Program-made: the position numbers and the translations under genes | Shown: positions 21,460 through 31,211 of the stretch, piece after piece | How the letters are laid out: the number at the start of each line of letters is the position of its first letter | How positions within the stretch are numbered: position 1 is the first letter of the stretch | The notes under the pieces: generated by a model | Told to the model about the DNA's origin: nothing | Databases searched by the model: none | The model's input: the letters and a program-made list of their open reading frames with translations, nothing else | Assembly (NCBI RefSeq): GCF_000010065.1 | Contig: NC_006576.1 | Location: 2,280,001 to 2,312,000, forward strand | Source of the DNA: Synechococcus elongatus PCC 6301 | GTDB lineage: Bacteria > Cyanobacteriota > Cyanobacteriia > Synechococcales > Synechococcaceae | Reading direction: 5' to 3' | Length of the DNA stretch: 32,000 nucleotides

Positions 21460-22356
21460 TTAGCTGTCATTCCCAGCCTGTAAGCCCCAGCGACGCCGCC
21501 AAGCGCTAGTCGATTCCAGCTTGCTCTGTTGTTGCTCACGATCGCGGCGTTGGCGAATGACTTCGGCGGTATCCTGCAACGTTGGATCGCGGTAGGGGAC
21601 GGCAGCGCGGCAGTGCAAGTGCTCCTGCTCAGCTTGAGACAGGGGAGGGAGTGGCTCCCAAGCGGCGATCGTGCCCAAGGACCAGCGATGGGCAAAGGCC
21701 GAAGCAGGGGCGGGCAGGTTGGTGATCTGTAAGCCAGCCAGCTGTAGAGCAGTGCGGACAGCGGCAGCGCGACAGTAGGTGACCAGTCGTCCCTGGGGTG
21801 CTAAACAGCGAGCCACGAGCTGTAAAAACTCCACCGTCCAGAGTTGCGGACAGCGTTTAGGCGAAAAGGGATCGAGGAAAATAGCGTCCGCTTGAAAGTT
21901 CTGGGCGATCGCCTCTTGGATTGTCTGGCGGGCATCGCCCCAAAGTAGTTGCCCCTGAAAGCGATCGCTGTCGTGACAGCCGGTCTGGGCCAGATCCCGC
22001 AGCATCTGTTGCACCGGCGGCGACCACTCCTCGATCAACTCGCTACTGACGACAGCCTGCGGGACGGTCGGATCCAGTTCCAAGCCCAGCCATTGCAAGC
22101 GCCCATCACCGGCTGCGAGAACCGACTCCAAAGCCGCTGCAGTGTTGTAACCCAGCCCGTAGCAGACATCCAAAATCCGTAGGGGCGATCGCTGGGCGGC
22201 CCAAGTACCGATCTGCAATTGCTGCACATATTTTTGTTCTGCTTCCTGACGGGCGCCCTCGCGGCTGTGAAAGGTCTCCTGAAAGGTCTCAGAGTAAAAC
22301 GTGTAGGAGCCGTCGTCCGTGGGAACGGGCGTCCAAGTTGGGGGAGCAGCGGACAT
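21460..22356 (-). CDS. MnmC-like (N-terminal domain type) SAM-dependent tRNA methyltransferase
   Basis: PVPTDDGSYTFYSETFQETFHSREGARQEAEQKYV, ILDVCYGLGYNTAAAL (SAM motif), AIFLDPFSPKRCPQLWTVEFLQLVARCLAPQGRLVTYCRAAAVRTALQLAG. Confidence 0.85.
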   Translation of the reverse strand: MSAAPPTWTPVPTDDGSYTFYSETFQETFHSREGARQEAEQKYVQQLQIGTWAAQRSPLRILDVCYGLGYNTAAALESVLAAGDGRLQWLGLELDPTVPQAVVSSELIEEWSPPVQQMLRDLAQTGCHDSDRFQGQLLWGDARQTIQEAIAQNFQADAIFLDPFSPKRCPQLWTVEFLQLVARCLAPQGRLVTYCRAAAVRTALQLAGLQITNLPAPASAFAHRWSLGTIAAWEPLPPLSQAEQEHLHCRAAVPYRDPTLQDTAEVIRQRRDREQQQSKLESTSAWRRRWGLQAGNDS

Positions 22357-22416
22357 GATCAGCGCAGCGCAATTCCTTCAGGCTGCCACGTTGATCGACG
22401 GCTCACAAGTTACGAC

Positions 22417-23676
22417 TCAGCTCGTGACAGTAGCCGAGGGTGTTGTGGGTAAAGCGGGTAAGGCAAGGGCGATCGCAGCCGCCACAGTCACCATCAGTGC
22501 CGATCCCCAGAGGCAACCGGTCAGCCCCAACCACTGGAAAATTGCCCCAGATAGTACGGTTCCGGCTAGTCGTCCCGCAGAATTCGCCATGTAGTAGAAG
22601 CCCACATCCAACGCGACCTGATCATCAGCGCTGTAGGCTAGCACCAGATATGAATGCACGGCGGAATTGACGGCGAACAGCAGACCAAACAAGGCCAGTC
22701 CCACAATCACGACAGGCCCTGCCGCCCAACCGGATTGCAGGGCGATCGCCATCCCAGCGGGTGCGATCGCTAGACCACTGCCCCAGCGCTGCACGGTCTG
22801 CGGACTTGGTGGCCGACCGGCTTCCAGCCAGCGCAAGAGAGGCGGGGCGCTTGTCTGAATCAAGCCGTAGCCGATCACCCAGAGCGCCAGAAAACCACCC
22901 GTCTGTGTGAAACTCCAGCCCAGTCCCAGCGGCGGCTCGGTGCGCAGAAAGACCGGCAAAGCGACAACGAACCAAATATCCCGCGCCCCAAACAGGAAAA
23001 AGCGAGCGGCAGAAAGAATATTGATGCCCTGAGATTTGGAGAAGAGTTGCTTGAACTTTGGCTTGCGCTTCAGTTGGCCGAGGTTGGCGGGAACACCGAA
23101 GCTACTGATCAAGACTAGGCTCAGACCCAGCGCGAGGAAATGCAGGGCACCTTGGTAGCCCAAACTTGCGAGCAACCAGCTGCCGATAAAAAAGCCCACG
23201 CCCTTCAGCGCATTTTTTGAGCCGGTAAGGACCGCCACCCATTTGAACAGGCGACCTTCAGCCTGTCGCGGCACCACAAGCCGAATCGCACTTTTGGCGC
23301 TCATCTTGGTAAGGTCTTTGGCGATGCCAGAGAGGGCTTGTGCCGCCATCACCCAAGCGATCGCGCCCCACATCGGCCAATCGCGATTCAGCCCCGATAA
23401 CAGCAGTAGCGCTGCAATTTGCAGGGTCACCCCACCGTAGAGCGTCAGTTTGAGGCCAAAACGCGCCCCAATCCAGCCGCCCAGAAAGTTAGTGACGATG
23501 CCGAAGATTTCGTAGAGCAGGAACAGGCTGGCGATTGCCAGCGGACTGTAGCCGATTTGATTGAAGTAGAGCAGGACGAGCAGCCGCAGCGCCCCATCGG
23601 TAATCGTGAAGCCCCAGTAAGCCAAGGTCACTAGGGCATAGCGGCGCAGCGCGATCGCTTCGGATGCGGAACTCAT
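22417..23676 (-). CDS. arsJ: ArsJ-like organoarsenical (1-arseno-3-phosphoglycerate) efflux MFS permease
   Basis: 419-aa multi-TM MFS: [66 protein letters not shown]...; start overlaps the GAPDH stop (ATGA), the canonical gapdh-arsJ arrangement. Confidence 0.85.
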   Translation of the reverse strand: MSSASEAIALRRYALVTLAYWGFTITDGALRLLVLLYFNQIGYSPLAIASLFLLYEIFGIVTNFLGGWIGARFGLKLTLYGGVTLQIAALLLLSGLNRDWPMWGAIAWVMAAQALSGIAKDLTKMSAKSAIRLVVPRQAEGRLFKWVAVLTGSKNALKGVGFFIGSWLLASLGYQGALHFLALGLSLVLISSFGVPANLGQLKRKPKFKQLFSKSQGINILSAARFFLFGARDIWFVVALPVFLRTEPPLGLGWSFTQTGGFLALWVIGYGLIQTSAPPLLRWLEAGRPPSPQTVQRWGSGLAIAPAGMAIALQSGWAAGPVVIVGLALFGLLFAVNSAVHSYLVLAYSADDQVALDVGFYYMANSAGRLAGTVLSGAIFQWLGLTGCLWGSALMVTVAAAIALALPALPTTPSATVTS

Positions 23677-24674
23677 ACTGCCGCCCTCGCGACTTTGCGA
23701 GCCAGTTCAGCCAGGCGATTGCTGTAGCCCCATTCGTTGTCGTACCAAGCCAAAACTTTGACCTGCGTGCCGTTAATCACGCGTGTGGACAGTGCATCCA
23801 CGATCGCCGATCGGGCATCGCCGCGATAGTCCACCGAAACCAGTGGCCGCTCTTCGTAGCCCAAGATTCCTTGCAGTGAACCACTGGAAGCCGCTTGAAA
23901 CAGGCCGCTGACCTCCGCCACCGAAGTCTCGCGCTCCAGTTCAAACACCGCATCGGTCAAGGAAGCATTGAGCAGCGGCACCCGCACGGCTAGACCGTCG
24001 AGTTTGCCTTGCAATTCCGGAAAAATTAGCCCGATCGCCGTGGCAGATCCAGTTGAAGTCGGAATCAGTGATTGACCCGCCGCGCGCGATCGCCGTAAGT
24101 CTTTGTGATAGGAATCCACGATTGATTGCGTCGCCGTTTGGTCGTGAATCGTGGTGATCAAGCCGTGGCGAATCCCGATCGCTTCCCGCAGGACTTTGAC
24201 AACGGGGGCCAGACAGTTAGTTGTGCAAGAAGCAGCGGTTAACAAACGATGCTGACTGGGGTCGTAGCGATCGTCGTTGACACCTACAACGATGTTCAGC
24301 GCTTCTTTCACGGGCGCAGAAACAATCACCGTTTGGACGCCAGCTTGAAAATGCGGCTCTAGTTTCTCTGTCGTCCGAAACTGACCGCTACACTCCAACA
24401 CCAGCTCGACACCCTGAGCTGCCCAGTCGATCGCGGTCGGCTCCTTGGCGCGGCTGTAATGCAGCGATCGCCCTTCAATCGTCAGACTGTCTACCGTCGC
24501 TGTGATCTCGCGCGACCAGCGCCCCTGGCTGGAGTCAAACTCCAACAAATGAGCGGCAGCAGCAGCCTCACCGTAGGGTTCATTGATCTGGACAAACTCC
24601 AGCTCAGGCCAGTCCCAAGCAGCTCGCAGCACCAAGCGACCGATCCGTCCAAAACCATTGATGCCAACGCGCAT
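23673..24674 (-). CDS. gap: ArsJ-associated glyceraldehyde-3-phosphate dehydrogenase (ORF opens at 24698)
   Basis: [35 protein letters not shown], catalytic [28 protein letters not shown]; directly upstream of and overlapping arsJ. Confidence 0.88.
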   Translation of the reverse strand: MRVGINGFGRIGRLVLRAAWDWPELEFVQINEPYGEAAAAAHLLEFDSSQGRWSREITATVDSLTIEGRSLHYSRAKEPTAIDWAAQGVELVLECSGQFRTTEKLEPHFQAGVQTVIVSAPVKEALNIVVGVNDDRYDPSQHRLLTAASCTTNCLAPVVKVLREAIGIRHGLITTIHDQTATQSIVDSYHKDLRRSRAAGQSLIPTSTGSATAIGLIFPELQGKLDGLAVRVPLLNASLTDAVFELERETSVAEVSGLFQAASSGSLQGILGYEERPLVSVDYRGDARSAIVDALSTRVINGTQVKVLAWYDNEWGYSNRLAELARKVARAAV

Positions 24675-24703
24675 GGCGTCATTCCTTGACAGTTGCACTA
24701 CTC

Positions 24704-24719
24704 ATCAAATTATCTTGAT
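24704..24719. promoter_or_regulatory. Putative ArsR operator, palindrome ATCAA-N6-TTGAT
   Basis: ATCAA-ATTATC-TTGAT between divergent gap/arsJ (start 24674, minus) and acr3 (start 24762, plus). Perfect 5-bp arms, matching the ATCAA-N6-TTGAT motif recalled for Synechocystis ArsR. Confidence 0.75.
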
Positions 24720-24761
24720 AAGCAATGCCAGCCTGTTTTCTACAACACAAGCCCCACTCCT

Positions 24762-25823
24762 ATGACTGTTTCCTGCGATCGCGCCCCCCGCTTGGGTTTC
24801 TTTGAACGCTGGCTCAGTCTTTGGGTGGCGATCGCGATCGGATTGGGACTGCTACTGGGCCAGCGATTCCCTGCTTTCTTTGCCGGTTTAAGCCGCTGGG
24901 AAATTGCGCAGATCAACTTGCCGATCGCCGTGTTGATCTGGTGCATGATTCTGCCGATGCTGGTCGATGTCGATTTGGGTGCGGCCAAGCAACTCGGTCG
25001 CCAGCCCAAGGGTTTTATCGTCACGCTGGCGGTCAACTGGGCAATTAAGCCATTCACAATGGCACTGCTGGACTGGCTATTCCTCGGCTGGATCTTTCGG
25101 GATTGGCTCGATCCACAACTGGCGGAATCGGCGATCGCGGGCTTAATTCTCCTCGGGGCTGCACCTTGTACGGCGATGGTCGTCGTCTGGAGTCGCCTGA
25201 CGCAAGGCGATCCGACCTTCACGCTGATTCAAGTAGCGGTCAATGACCTCGTGACAGTGGTTGCCTACGCCCCAATCACGGCGCTGTTGCTGGGTCTGGC
25301 TGCAATCACTGTGCCTTGGCCGACGCTGCTTGGTTCTGTATTGCTCTATGTGGCGGTGCCGCTGTTAGTAGCGCAAGGTCTTCGCAGTCGATTACTAAAA
25401 CGAGGATCTGCCGCGCTCCGCCAGTTCGATCGCGCCTGCAAACCGTTTTCGACTCTGGGGCTGCTGCTAACCGTGCTGCTGTTGTTCGGCTTTCAGGCTT
25501 CGACTTTTTTGGCGCAGCCTCAAACGATCGCCCTCATCGCTGTACCGATTTTGCTGCAAAGTCTGCTGATTTTTGCGATCGCTTACGGGTGGGCGTGGCG
25601 TTGGAAGCTGCCCCACGGTCAGGCTGCTCCTGCTGCCTTAATCGGGACTTCGAACTTCTTTGAGCTGGCAGTCGCTGTAGCGATCAGTCTGTTTGGTCTG
25701 CAGTCCGGCGCTGCGATCGCCACAGTGGTTGGCGTGTTGGTGGAAGTGCCAATGATGCTGGTGCTTGTCGCGATCGCGAATCGCAGTCGATCTTGGTTTG
25801 GATCGAGCGAGACGGCCGCCTGA
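24762..25823 (+). CDS. acr3: ACR3-family arsenite efflux permease (ORF opens at 24693)
   Basis: FFERWLSLWVAIAIGLGLLLGQRFPAF, IWCMILPMLVDVDLGA, VTLAVNWAIKPFTMALLDWLFLG, GLILLGAAPCTAMVVVWSRLTQGDPTFTLIQVAVND (contains the conserved Cys), ALIGTSNFFELAVAVAISLFGLQSGAAIATVVGVLVEVPMMLVLV. Confidence 0.94.
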   Translation: MTVSCDRAPRLGFFERWLSLWVAIAIGLGLLLGQRFPAFFAGLSRWEIAQINLPIAVLIWCMILPMLVDVDLGAAKQLGRQPKGFIVTLAVNWAIKPFTMALLDWLFLGWIFRDWLDPQLAESAIAGLILLGAAPCTAMVVVWSRLTQGDPTFTLIQVAVNDLVTVVAYAPITALLLGLAAITVPWPTLLGSVLLYVAVPLLVAQGLRSRLLKRGSAALRQFDRACKPFSTLGLLLTVLLLFGFQASTFLAQPQTIALIAVPILLQSLLIFAIAYGWAWRWKLPHGQAAPAALIGTSNFFELAVAVAISLFGLQSGAAIATVVGVLVEVPMMLVLVAIANRSRSWFGSSETAA

Positions 25824-25909
25824 AGCCCCTGGTTGCTCTGCTATCGTCGCGGCCCTAGCCAACCGGAGAGAAGTGGCAGAGTGGAGAAGCACATTCCTGC
25901 GATCGCACA

Positions 25910-26650
25910 ATGTTTGGACTGTTTGGCAAGAAAACCGGTCTCCCAACTCCAGAGGAAGCCTTACCGGGTCGTGCACAAGCGATGCTGGTGCCGGCAAAAC
26001 ACTTTGTGCTTGGGACTCCGCTGGATGGCCCTTTCCCAGTCGGGATTCAACTTGCTCTCTTTGGTAACGGTTGCTTCTGGGGAACCGAGAAACAGTTTTG
26101 GCAGTTGCCCGGCGTCTATTCCACAGCGGTGGGCTACGCTGGCGGCCTAACGCCCAACCCCAACTATCGTGAGGTCTGCAGCGGCATGACCGGTCATAAC
26201 GAAGTTGTGCGGGTGGCCTACGATCCCGATCGCATCAGCTATGCCGACCTACTCAAAGCCTTTTGGGAAAGCCATGATCCCACCCAAGGGATGGGTCAAG
26301 GACCCGATCGCGGCACACAGTATCGCTCTGGCATTTACTGCTACACGCCCGAGCAAAAGCAGATTGCGCTGGCTTCTCAAGCAGCCTATCAAGCAGTCTT
26401 AAAAGCCAAGGGCTACGGTGCTATCACCACTGAGATCATTGACGCGCCGACCTTCTACTTTGCAGAGGAGTACCACCAGCAGTACCTCGATAAACCTGGC
26501 AGTCGTCCATACTGCGGTGCCCAACCCACCGGCGCTGACCTGCCCCATCCCAATCAGTGGAATCTGCCGACTGAACTCCAGTCACACCTCACTGCTCATC
26601 CCGAAGTTTGGTCGAAAAACTTTGCGGAATGCCCCGTGGTGCCCCTCTAA
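25910..26650 (+). CDS. msrA: Peptide-methionine (S)-S-oxide reductase
   Basis: [58 protein letters not shown] (GCFWG catalytic motif), [34 protein letters not shown]. Confidence 0.95.
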   Translation: MFGLFGKKTGLPTPEEALPGRAQAMLVPAKHFVLGTPLDGPFPVGIQLALFGNGCFWGTEKQFWQLPGVYSTAVGYAGGLTPNPNYREVCSGMTGHNEVVRVAYDPDRISYADLLKAFWESHDPTQGMGQGPDRGTQYRSGIYCYTPEQKQIALASQAAYQAVLKAKGYGAITTEIIDAPTFYFAEEYHQQYLDKPGSRPYCGAQPTGADLPHPNQWNLPTELQSHLTAHPEVWSKNFAECPVVPL

Positions 26651-26768
26651 ACCCGTCCGATTCACCATCCGCGGGCTTCAGATTGGGGCTGCGGATGGCG
26701 ATCGCCTCAGATAGCAGCGATCGTTGCAACTGTATGCTTCCATGGGAGGCGACAGAGGATAGAAAGCG

Positions 26769-27011
26769 ATGAGTCTGGAGATTCCACGGCTTGGCCCCGC
26801 CAGCGATCGCAGCGGCCAACTTAACCTGCTACGGGAAGCCCGCAAAATCTATCGCGCCTACTTTGCGGCGCATCCTGACAGCGAGCAGCGACCCGTTGGA
26901 GTCGCGCTCAATCGGCGATCGGGGCGGGGTGATGTGGTTTTTGGTCGGCGTCCCATTTTGCTGCCCCAAGAATTTTTTGTGCCCCTCGATCAGCTGCAAG
27001 CTGACGCCTAG
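26769..27011 (+). CDS. Hypothetical protein (80 aa), start overlaps the vicinity of pilD upstream region
   Basis: MSLEIPRLGPASDRSGQLNLLREARKIYRAYFAAHPDSEQRPVGVALNRRSGRGDVVFGRRPILLPQEFFVPLDQLQADA; stop lies 5 bp before the pilD ORF. Confidence 0.55.
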   Translation: MSLEIPRLGPASDRSGQLNLLREARKIYRAYFAAHPDSEQRPVGVALNRRSGRGDVVFGRRPILLPQEFFVPLDQLQADA

Positions 27012-27016
27012 CCATC

Positions 27017-27805
27017 ATGTTTGAAGCCGTTGCGCTGCTGTTTGTCGCAGTTTTGGGAGCCGCGATCGGGAGCTTTTTAAATGTGGTGATCTACCGATTG
27101 CCCCTCGGTCTGTCACTGCTGCATCCCCCCTCCCGCTGTCCCTACTGCCGGCGATCGCTGCGGCCGCAAGATAATCTGCCGGTTGTTGGCTGGCTAAAGC
27201 TGCGGGGGCGTTGCCATTTCTGCCAGCATCGGATTCCCGCTCGCTACCCAATTGTTGAAGCCCTAACTGCTGCTCTGTTCGTCCTGCTGGCGGTGCAGTT
27301 TGGCTGGTCTGCGGCCACGCTCGGCGGCTGGATTTTTTTCTCGTGGTTGCTTGCGCTCAGTGTCATAGACCTCGATACGATGACCCTACCCAATGTCTTG
27401 ACGGCGTCGGGGCTGGCGGTGGGTGTGGCTTTTCAGTTGGCGATCGCACCCGCAACCTGGCCCGTGACCCTGTTCTGGTCCTTGTTTGTGGCGATCGCGG
27501 CGCTATGGCTGAGTGATCTATTTCGCTGGCTGGGAGAATTCGCTCTGCGGCAGCCGGTGCTCGGGGGCGGTGACAGCAAGTTGTTGGCGCTGTTGGGTGT
27601 TTGGCTGGGCGGGCCCAAACTCCTTTTGGCACTGTTCCTTGCTTGCCTGAGTGGTGCAATCGCGGGGGGGATTGGGCGTTGGCGCGGCACCCTCAAACCC
27701 ATGCAAGCAATGCCTTTTGGCCCATTCCTGGCCTTGGGTGGGGCGATCGCTTGGATCTGGGGAGCCGAGTGGATTGATCTCTATATGCGAGTTTTGCTCT
27801 TTTAA
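27017..27805 (+). CDS. pilD: Type IV prepilin peptidase
   Basis: GSFLNVVIYRLP, CPYCRRSLRPQDNLPVVGWLKLRGRCHFCQHRIPARYPIVEALTA (tetra-Cys), catalytic Asp motifs VIDLDTMTLPN and GGGDSKLLALLGVWLG. Confidence 0.95.
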   Translation: MFEAVALLFVAVLGAAIGSFLNVVIYRLPLGLSLLHPPSRCPYCRRSLRPQDNLPVVGWLKLRGRCHFCQHRIPARYPIVEALTAALFVLLAVQFGWSAATLGGWIFFSWLLALSVIDLDTMTLPNVLTASGLAVGVAFQLAIAPATWPVTLFWSLFVAIAALWLSDLFRWLGEFALRQPVLGGGDSKLLALLGVWLGGPKLLLALFLACLSGAIAGGIGRWRGTLKPMQAMPFGPFLALGGAIAWIWGAEWIDLYMRVLLF

Positions 27806-27867
27806 GCTGCCTCTAATGACTATTGGTATTTTCGTGAATGAAATTAGCCTCACATCTGGCTATTTCA

Positions 27868-27909
27868 GGTTTTTTAGTAAGTTCGATCAAAGTATTTGGC
27901 TAAAAAACC
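27868..27909. repeat. 10-bp perfect inverted repeat GGTTTTTTAG...CTAAAAAACC in an AT-rich convergent gap
   Basis: Arms 27868-27877 and 27900-27909, 22-nt loop, between convergent pilD and dacB. Confidence 0.8.
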
Positions 27910-28046
27910 GCTGTCACGACAACAGTAATTGCATTTTAAAATCAGCCGAAAATGATATCTCTAGCCATTGCTGACTGTTTTTCGTCCAATGCTAATAGCT
28001 GATTCATCCATCTCAAGCGGCTGGCGTTGGCTGCCTATGGGTCAAT

Positions 28047-29504
28047 TCAGCGATCGCAACGAGTGAGCGGCGCGATCGCATTGACAAGGCGATCGATGCG
28101 GCTCGTGAGGCTAGTGGCGTTGGGCTGATTGGCCAAGATGCTGAAGGCGATCGGACCGTAGTTCGGTAAATCAATAAAGCCGGAGAGTCCCGCTGCCCCC
28201 GTGAGAAAACCGGTTTTGGCTTGAACTCGTCCACGGAGCGGACTATTGGCAAAGCGGCGGCGTAACGTCCCGCTGGAGCCAGCGATCGGTAGAGAGTCGC
28301 GCAGGGCCTGATTAGTGGGTTGTTGCACCTGCCAGAGAAGCGCCTCTAGCAATGTTTGGGCGCTGACGCGATTGCGGCGGGATAAGCCTGAGCCGTCATC
28401 CACGACGAGCCCAGTCGTTGAGATCCCGATCGCTTGGAGGGCACGACCTAATTCTGCTTGATCAGCGGCTCGGCGATCGCGCACAGGATCCGGTTGCCCG
28501 CTTCGTCCGATCCACCGCAGCAGCGCTTCAGCGTAGAGGTTTTGACTGTCCTCATTGGTGGTGCGGATTAACTCTCGTAGGGGCGGCGATTCCACGGTGG
28601 TCAAGAGGATGCGATCGCCGCTGGGCCAGTTGGTTTGGAGCGAAACTGTGGAGATGGAACTCCCGGCAGTACCAAGGCGGATTTGCAAAGCTTCCAGGAA
28701 GCGCTGCCCCGGTTGAGTGGCGGCGATCGCGACGGCCTCAGATTCGGAGCCAGCTCGCAGTTGTCCCGCCACAGTCAGGATGGGGCGTTGGGGATCGCGA
28801 TCGAGATTGATAAACTCCGCTGCTTGGCTGGAGACGGTTCGCGATCGATTGCGGACCTGCCAGCGCTGGCGATCGAGGGGATCTTCCCACAACACCCCCA
28901 GCGGTTGGCCCAAACTGCGGGGTTGGAGCGTTAGCTGGTGGGCGTTTTCTAGAAAAATGAGGCGATTGAGGGGCGCACCGTAGCCCTGCAGGCGATCGAG
29001 ACCAGACCAGGCTGCTGGCCAATAGCTGCTGGCTGGGTCGTCCAGACCAATCAGTTGGTTGTAGCGATCGCTGGGGACAGTTGCGGCTAGCGCATTGATG
29101 CCAGCGCGATCGAAGCTGGGGTCGCCTGCCCCTTCCACAATGAGGGTTTGGCGACTGGGTTGCAGCCAGAGGCGGGTTTGTAAGCGGGCGTCTGGACCGA
29201 GCCGATTCAGGGCTGCAATCGTGGTCAGGAGCTTTTGGTTTGAGGCAGGAATCAGTGCTTCGGCAGCCCGGTAGCGAAATAGCGATCGCCCGTCCAAATC
29301 CGCGATCGCGATACTCCAGCGCACCGATCGGTCTTGCCGGAGCAAGGCTTCAAGTCGCGCTGGTAGGGCTGCCGGACACAAGCTCCAAGCCAGCAAGCCA
29401 ATCAGCAGGGTCGCAAGACCCCCGGTCGCCGCAGCGCTGCCCAATCGCCACTGTCGGTGCAGAAACGCACGATGCGCAGCTCGGCCAATAATTCGGTAAT
29501 CCAC
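28047..29504 (-). CDS. dacB: D-alanyl-D-alanine carboxypeptidase / endopeptidase (PBP4, S13 family)
   Basis: SxxK-type [12 protein letters not shown], SxN in [15 protein letters not shown] in [16 protein letters not shown]; 5' boundary uncertain (overlaps fni). Confidence 0.88.
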   Translation of the reverse strand: MDYRIIGRAAHRAFLHRQWRLGSAAATGGLATLLIGLLAWSLCPAALPARLEALLRQDRSVRWSIAIADLDGRSLFRYRAAEALIPASNQKLLTTIAALNRLGPDARLQTRLWLQPSRQTLIVEGAGDPSFDRAGINALAATVPSDRYNQLIGLDDPASSYWPAAWSGLDRLQGYGAPLNRLIFLENAHQLTLQPRSLGQPLGVLWEDPLDRQRWQVRNRSRTVSSQAAEFINLDRDPQRPILTVAGQLRAGSESEAVAIAATQPGQRFLEALQIRLGTAGSSISTVSLQTNWPSGDRILLTTVESPPLRELIRTTNEDSQNLYAEALLRWIGRSGQPDPVRDRRAADQAELGRALQAIGISTTGLVVDDGSGLSRRNRVSAQTLLEALLWQVQQPTNQALRDSLPIAGSSGTLRRRFANSPLRGRVQAKTGFLTGAAGLSGFIDLPNYGPIAFSILANQPNATSLTSRIDRLVNAIAPLTRCDR

Positions 29505-30448
29505 TGATCGAGTACCTCTTCCGATTGGTCTGCCGCGACCAAGAAGGGGCGCGCGAGGCCGACTAAATCAGCGCCGAGAGCGATCGCCTTGGCTGCATCG
29601 AGGCCGTGACGAATCCCGCCAGAGGCAATCAACGGTACGGTGGCACTGACTTGGCGGACTTGTTGCAAACTCTCGGCTGTGGGAATGCCCCAATCCCCAA
29701 AGCGATCGCCCAAGCGACGCAGCAACGGATCCACTGCCCGTTGGCCTTCCACGCGTGACCAAGAGGTGCCGCCCGCACCGGCCACATCCAGTGCCGCTAC
29801 GCCAGCGGATAACAGTTGCGCTGCCACCATGGCTGAGAGGCCATTACCCACTTCTTTGACGATGACAGGGACGCTCAGGGCGGCGCAGAGTTCCCCAATC
29901 CGACCCAGTAGCCCGCGAAAGTCTGTATCGCCTTCTGCCTGAATACATTCCTGGAGTGGGTTGAGATGGAGAATCAGGGCATCTGCACCGAGGCGATCGA
30001 CTAGCTGCTGAGCCTCTGCTGGCGTCACACCGTAGTTGAGTTGCACGGCGCCAAGGTTGGCAAGCAGCAAAATATCGGGCGCCAGATCCCGTACGTCAAA
30101 GGTTGGCGTGGTCTCAGGCTGCCGCAGCATTACCCGTTGGGAACCCACACCCATGGCGAGCCGATACTTCTGCGCCGCGATCGCCAAACGACAGTTGATC
30201 CGCTGCGCGGTTTCGGTTCCGCCGGTCATCGACGAGATCAGCAGCGGTGCCCCCAGCGATCGCCCCAAGAACTGCGTCCCTAGGTCCAGCGCCTGCAGAC
30301 TCAAATTTGGCAGCGCACAATGCTGGAAACGATAGCGCTCCAACCCGGTCGTCACCTCGGGGCTTTCGACTCCAGCCTCAAGACAGAGTTGGAGATGTTC
30401 AGCTTTCCGTTGGGGGAGGGACGACTCAGCTGCGATCGGGAAGTTCAC
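29402..30448 (-). CDS. fni: Type 2 isopentenyl-diphosphate delta-isomerase (FMN-dependent)
   Basis: [133 protein letters not shown]. Confidence 0.96.
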   Translation of the reverse strand: MNFPIAAESSLPQRKAEHLQLCLEAGVESPEVTTGLERYRFQHCALPNLSLQALDLGTQFLGRSLGAPLLISSMTGGTETAQRINCRLAIAAQKYRLAMGVGSQRVMLRQPETTPTFDVRDLAPDILLLANLGAVQLNYGVTPAEAQQLVDRLGADALILHLNPLQECIQAEGDTDFRGLLGRIGELCAALSVPVIVKEVGNGLSAMVAAQLLSAGVAALDVAGAGGTSWSRVEGQRAVDPLLRRLGDRFGDWGIPTAESLQQVRQVSATVPLIASGGIRHGLDAAKAIALGADLVGLARPFLVAADQSEEVLDQWITELLAELRIVRFCTDSGDWAALRRPGVLRPC

Positions 30449-30456
30449 AAGGTTTC

Positions 30457-30990
30457 TCAGGGTTGAACCGGACGAATGTCAATCACACTGCCGCCAAACC
30501 GATAGTCTTTGCCCTCGAGTTCAATTGGGGTGCCCACCTTCAGCTTGACGTTCCCCAAAACATAGCCATCGGGCGTTGGTTGGGCTTGCCCCGCCAAGGT
30601 GATGATCGTATCGCTGGTGTAGGCCTGCTCAGGGCGAGGATCGGGTAGCGCCTTGACTCCGCCATCGGGCTGGGGCACCAGAACCGATCGCGGCAAGGGC
30701 TGGATACTAACTAAATCGATCTGACCGTAGGGCTGGTTGCGGATGATCAGATTGGTTTTGGCCTCTTTCTCAATCGTGGCAAAGAGCGCAGTGGGATTCT
30801 TGGCGGTGAGCCCGCGAATCATCACGTCCACCTGCAGGGCTTGACGCTGTCCGGTGACTTGGGCGACAGAAGTCGTCAGGGTTGGCGAGAGGAAAATCCC
30901 TGCGATCGCTGCAACCAAAATGATCCCAGCGCCCAGATCGATCAGGCTAAACCGGCCAAAAAGACGACCTTGGGAATCGAGAATAGCCAT
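30457..30990 (-). CDS. DUF4330 domain-containing protein
   Basis: [37 protein letters not shown]...: N-terminal 'D.qGRLFG..SliDlg' segment plus TM, as recalled for DUF4330; stop is 8 bp from the fni start. Confidence 0.75.
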   Translation of the reverse strand: MAILDSQGRLFGRFSLIDLGAGIILVAAIAGIFLSPTLTTSVAQVTGQRQALQVDVMIRGLTAKNPTALFATIEKEAKTNLIIRNQPYGQIDLVSIQPLPRSVLVPQPDGGVKALPDPRPEQAYTSDTIITLAGQAQPTPDGYVLGNVKLKVGTPIELEGKDYRFGGSVIDIRPVQP

Positions 30991-31211
30991 GCTGGAGCTC
31001 TGAAGCGTCGGGCGCTATTCTACCGCTCGAGCGTGCTTGGGCACATCGTCCGGCAGAGACCGATGGAATTGACGACCCAGCGATCGCGACTGTGTTGGGT
31101 TCAAGCTTGAACGGTTGTTGTCGAATCGGTCGTCAGAGCCGCAGAAGCGAGGATTGGCATCAGTCGATGCTCTTCGCTTCGGCTCAACTGTCCTTGGGAC
31201 CTAACCGATCG

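Noticed and set aside
30036-30648. Overlapping + strand ORFs (30036..30335, 30041..30283, 30247..30648) antisense to fni and DUF4330
   Set aside because: No domain signatures; long antisense ORFs are expected opposite GC-rich coding sequence.
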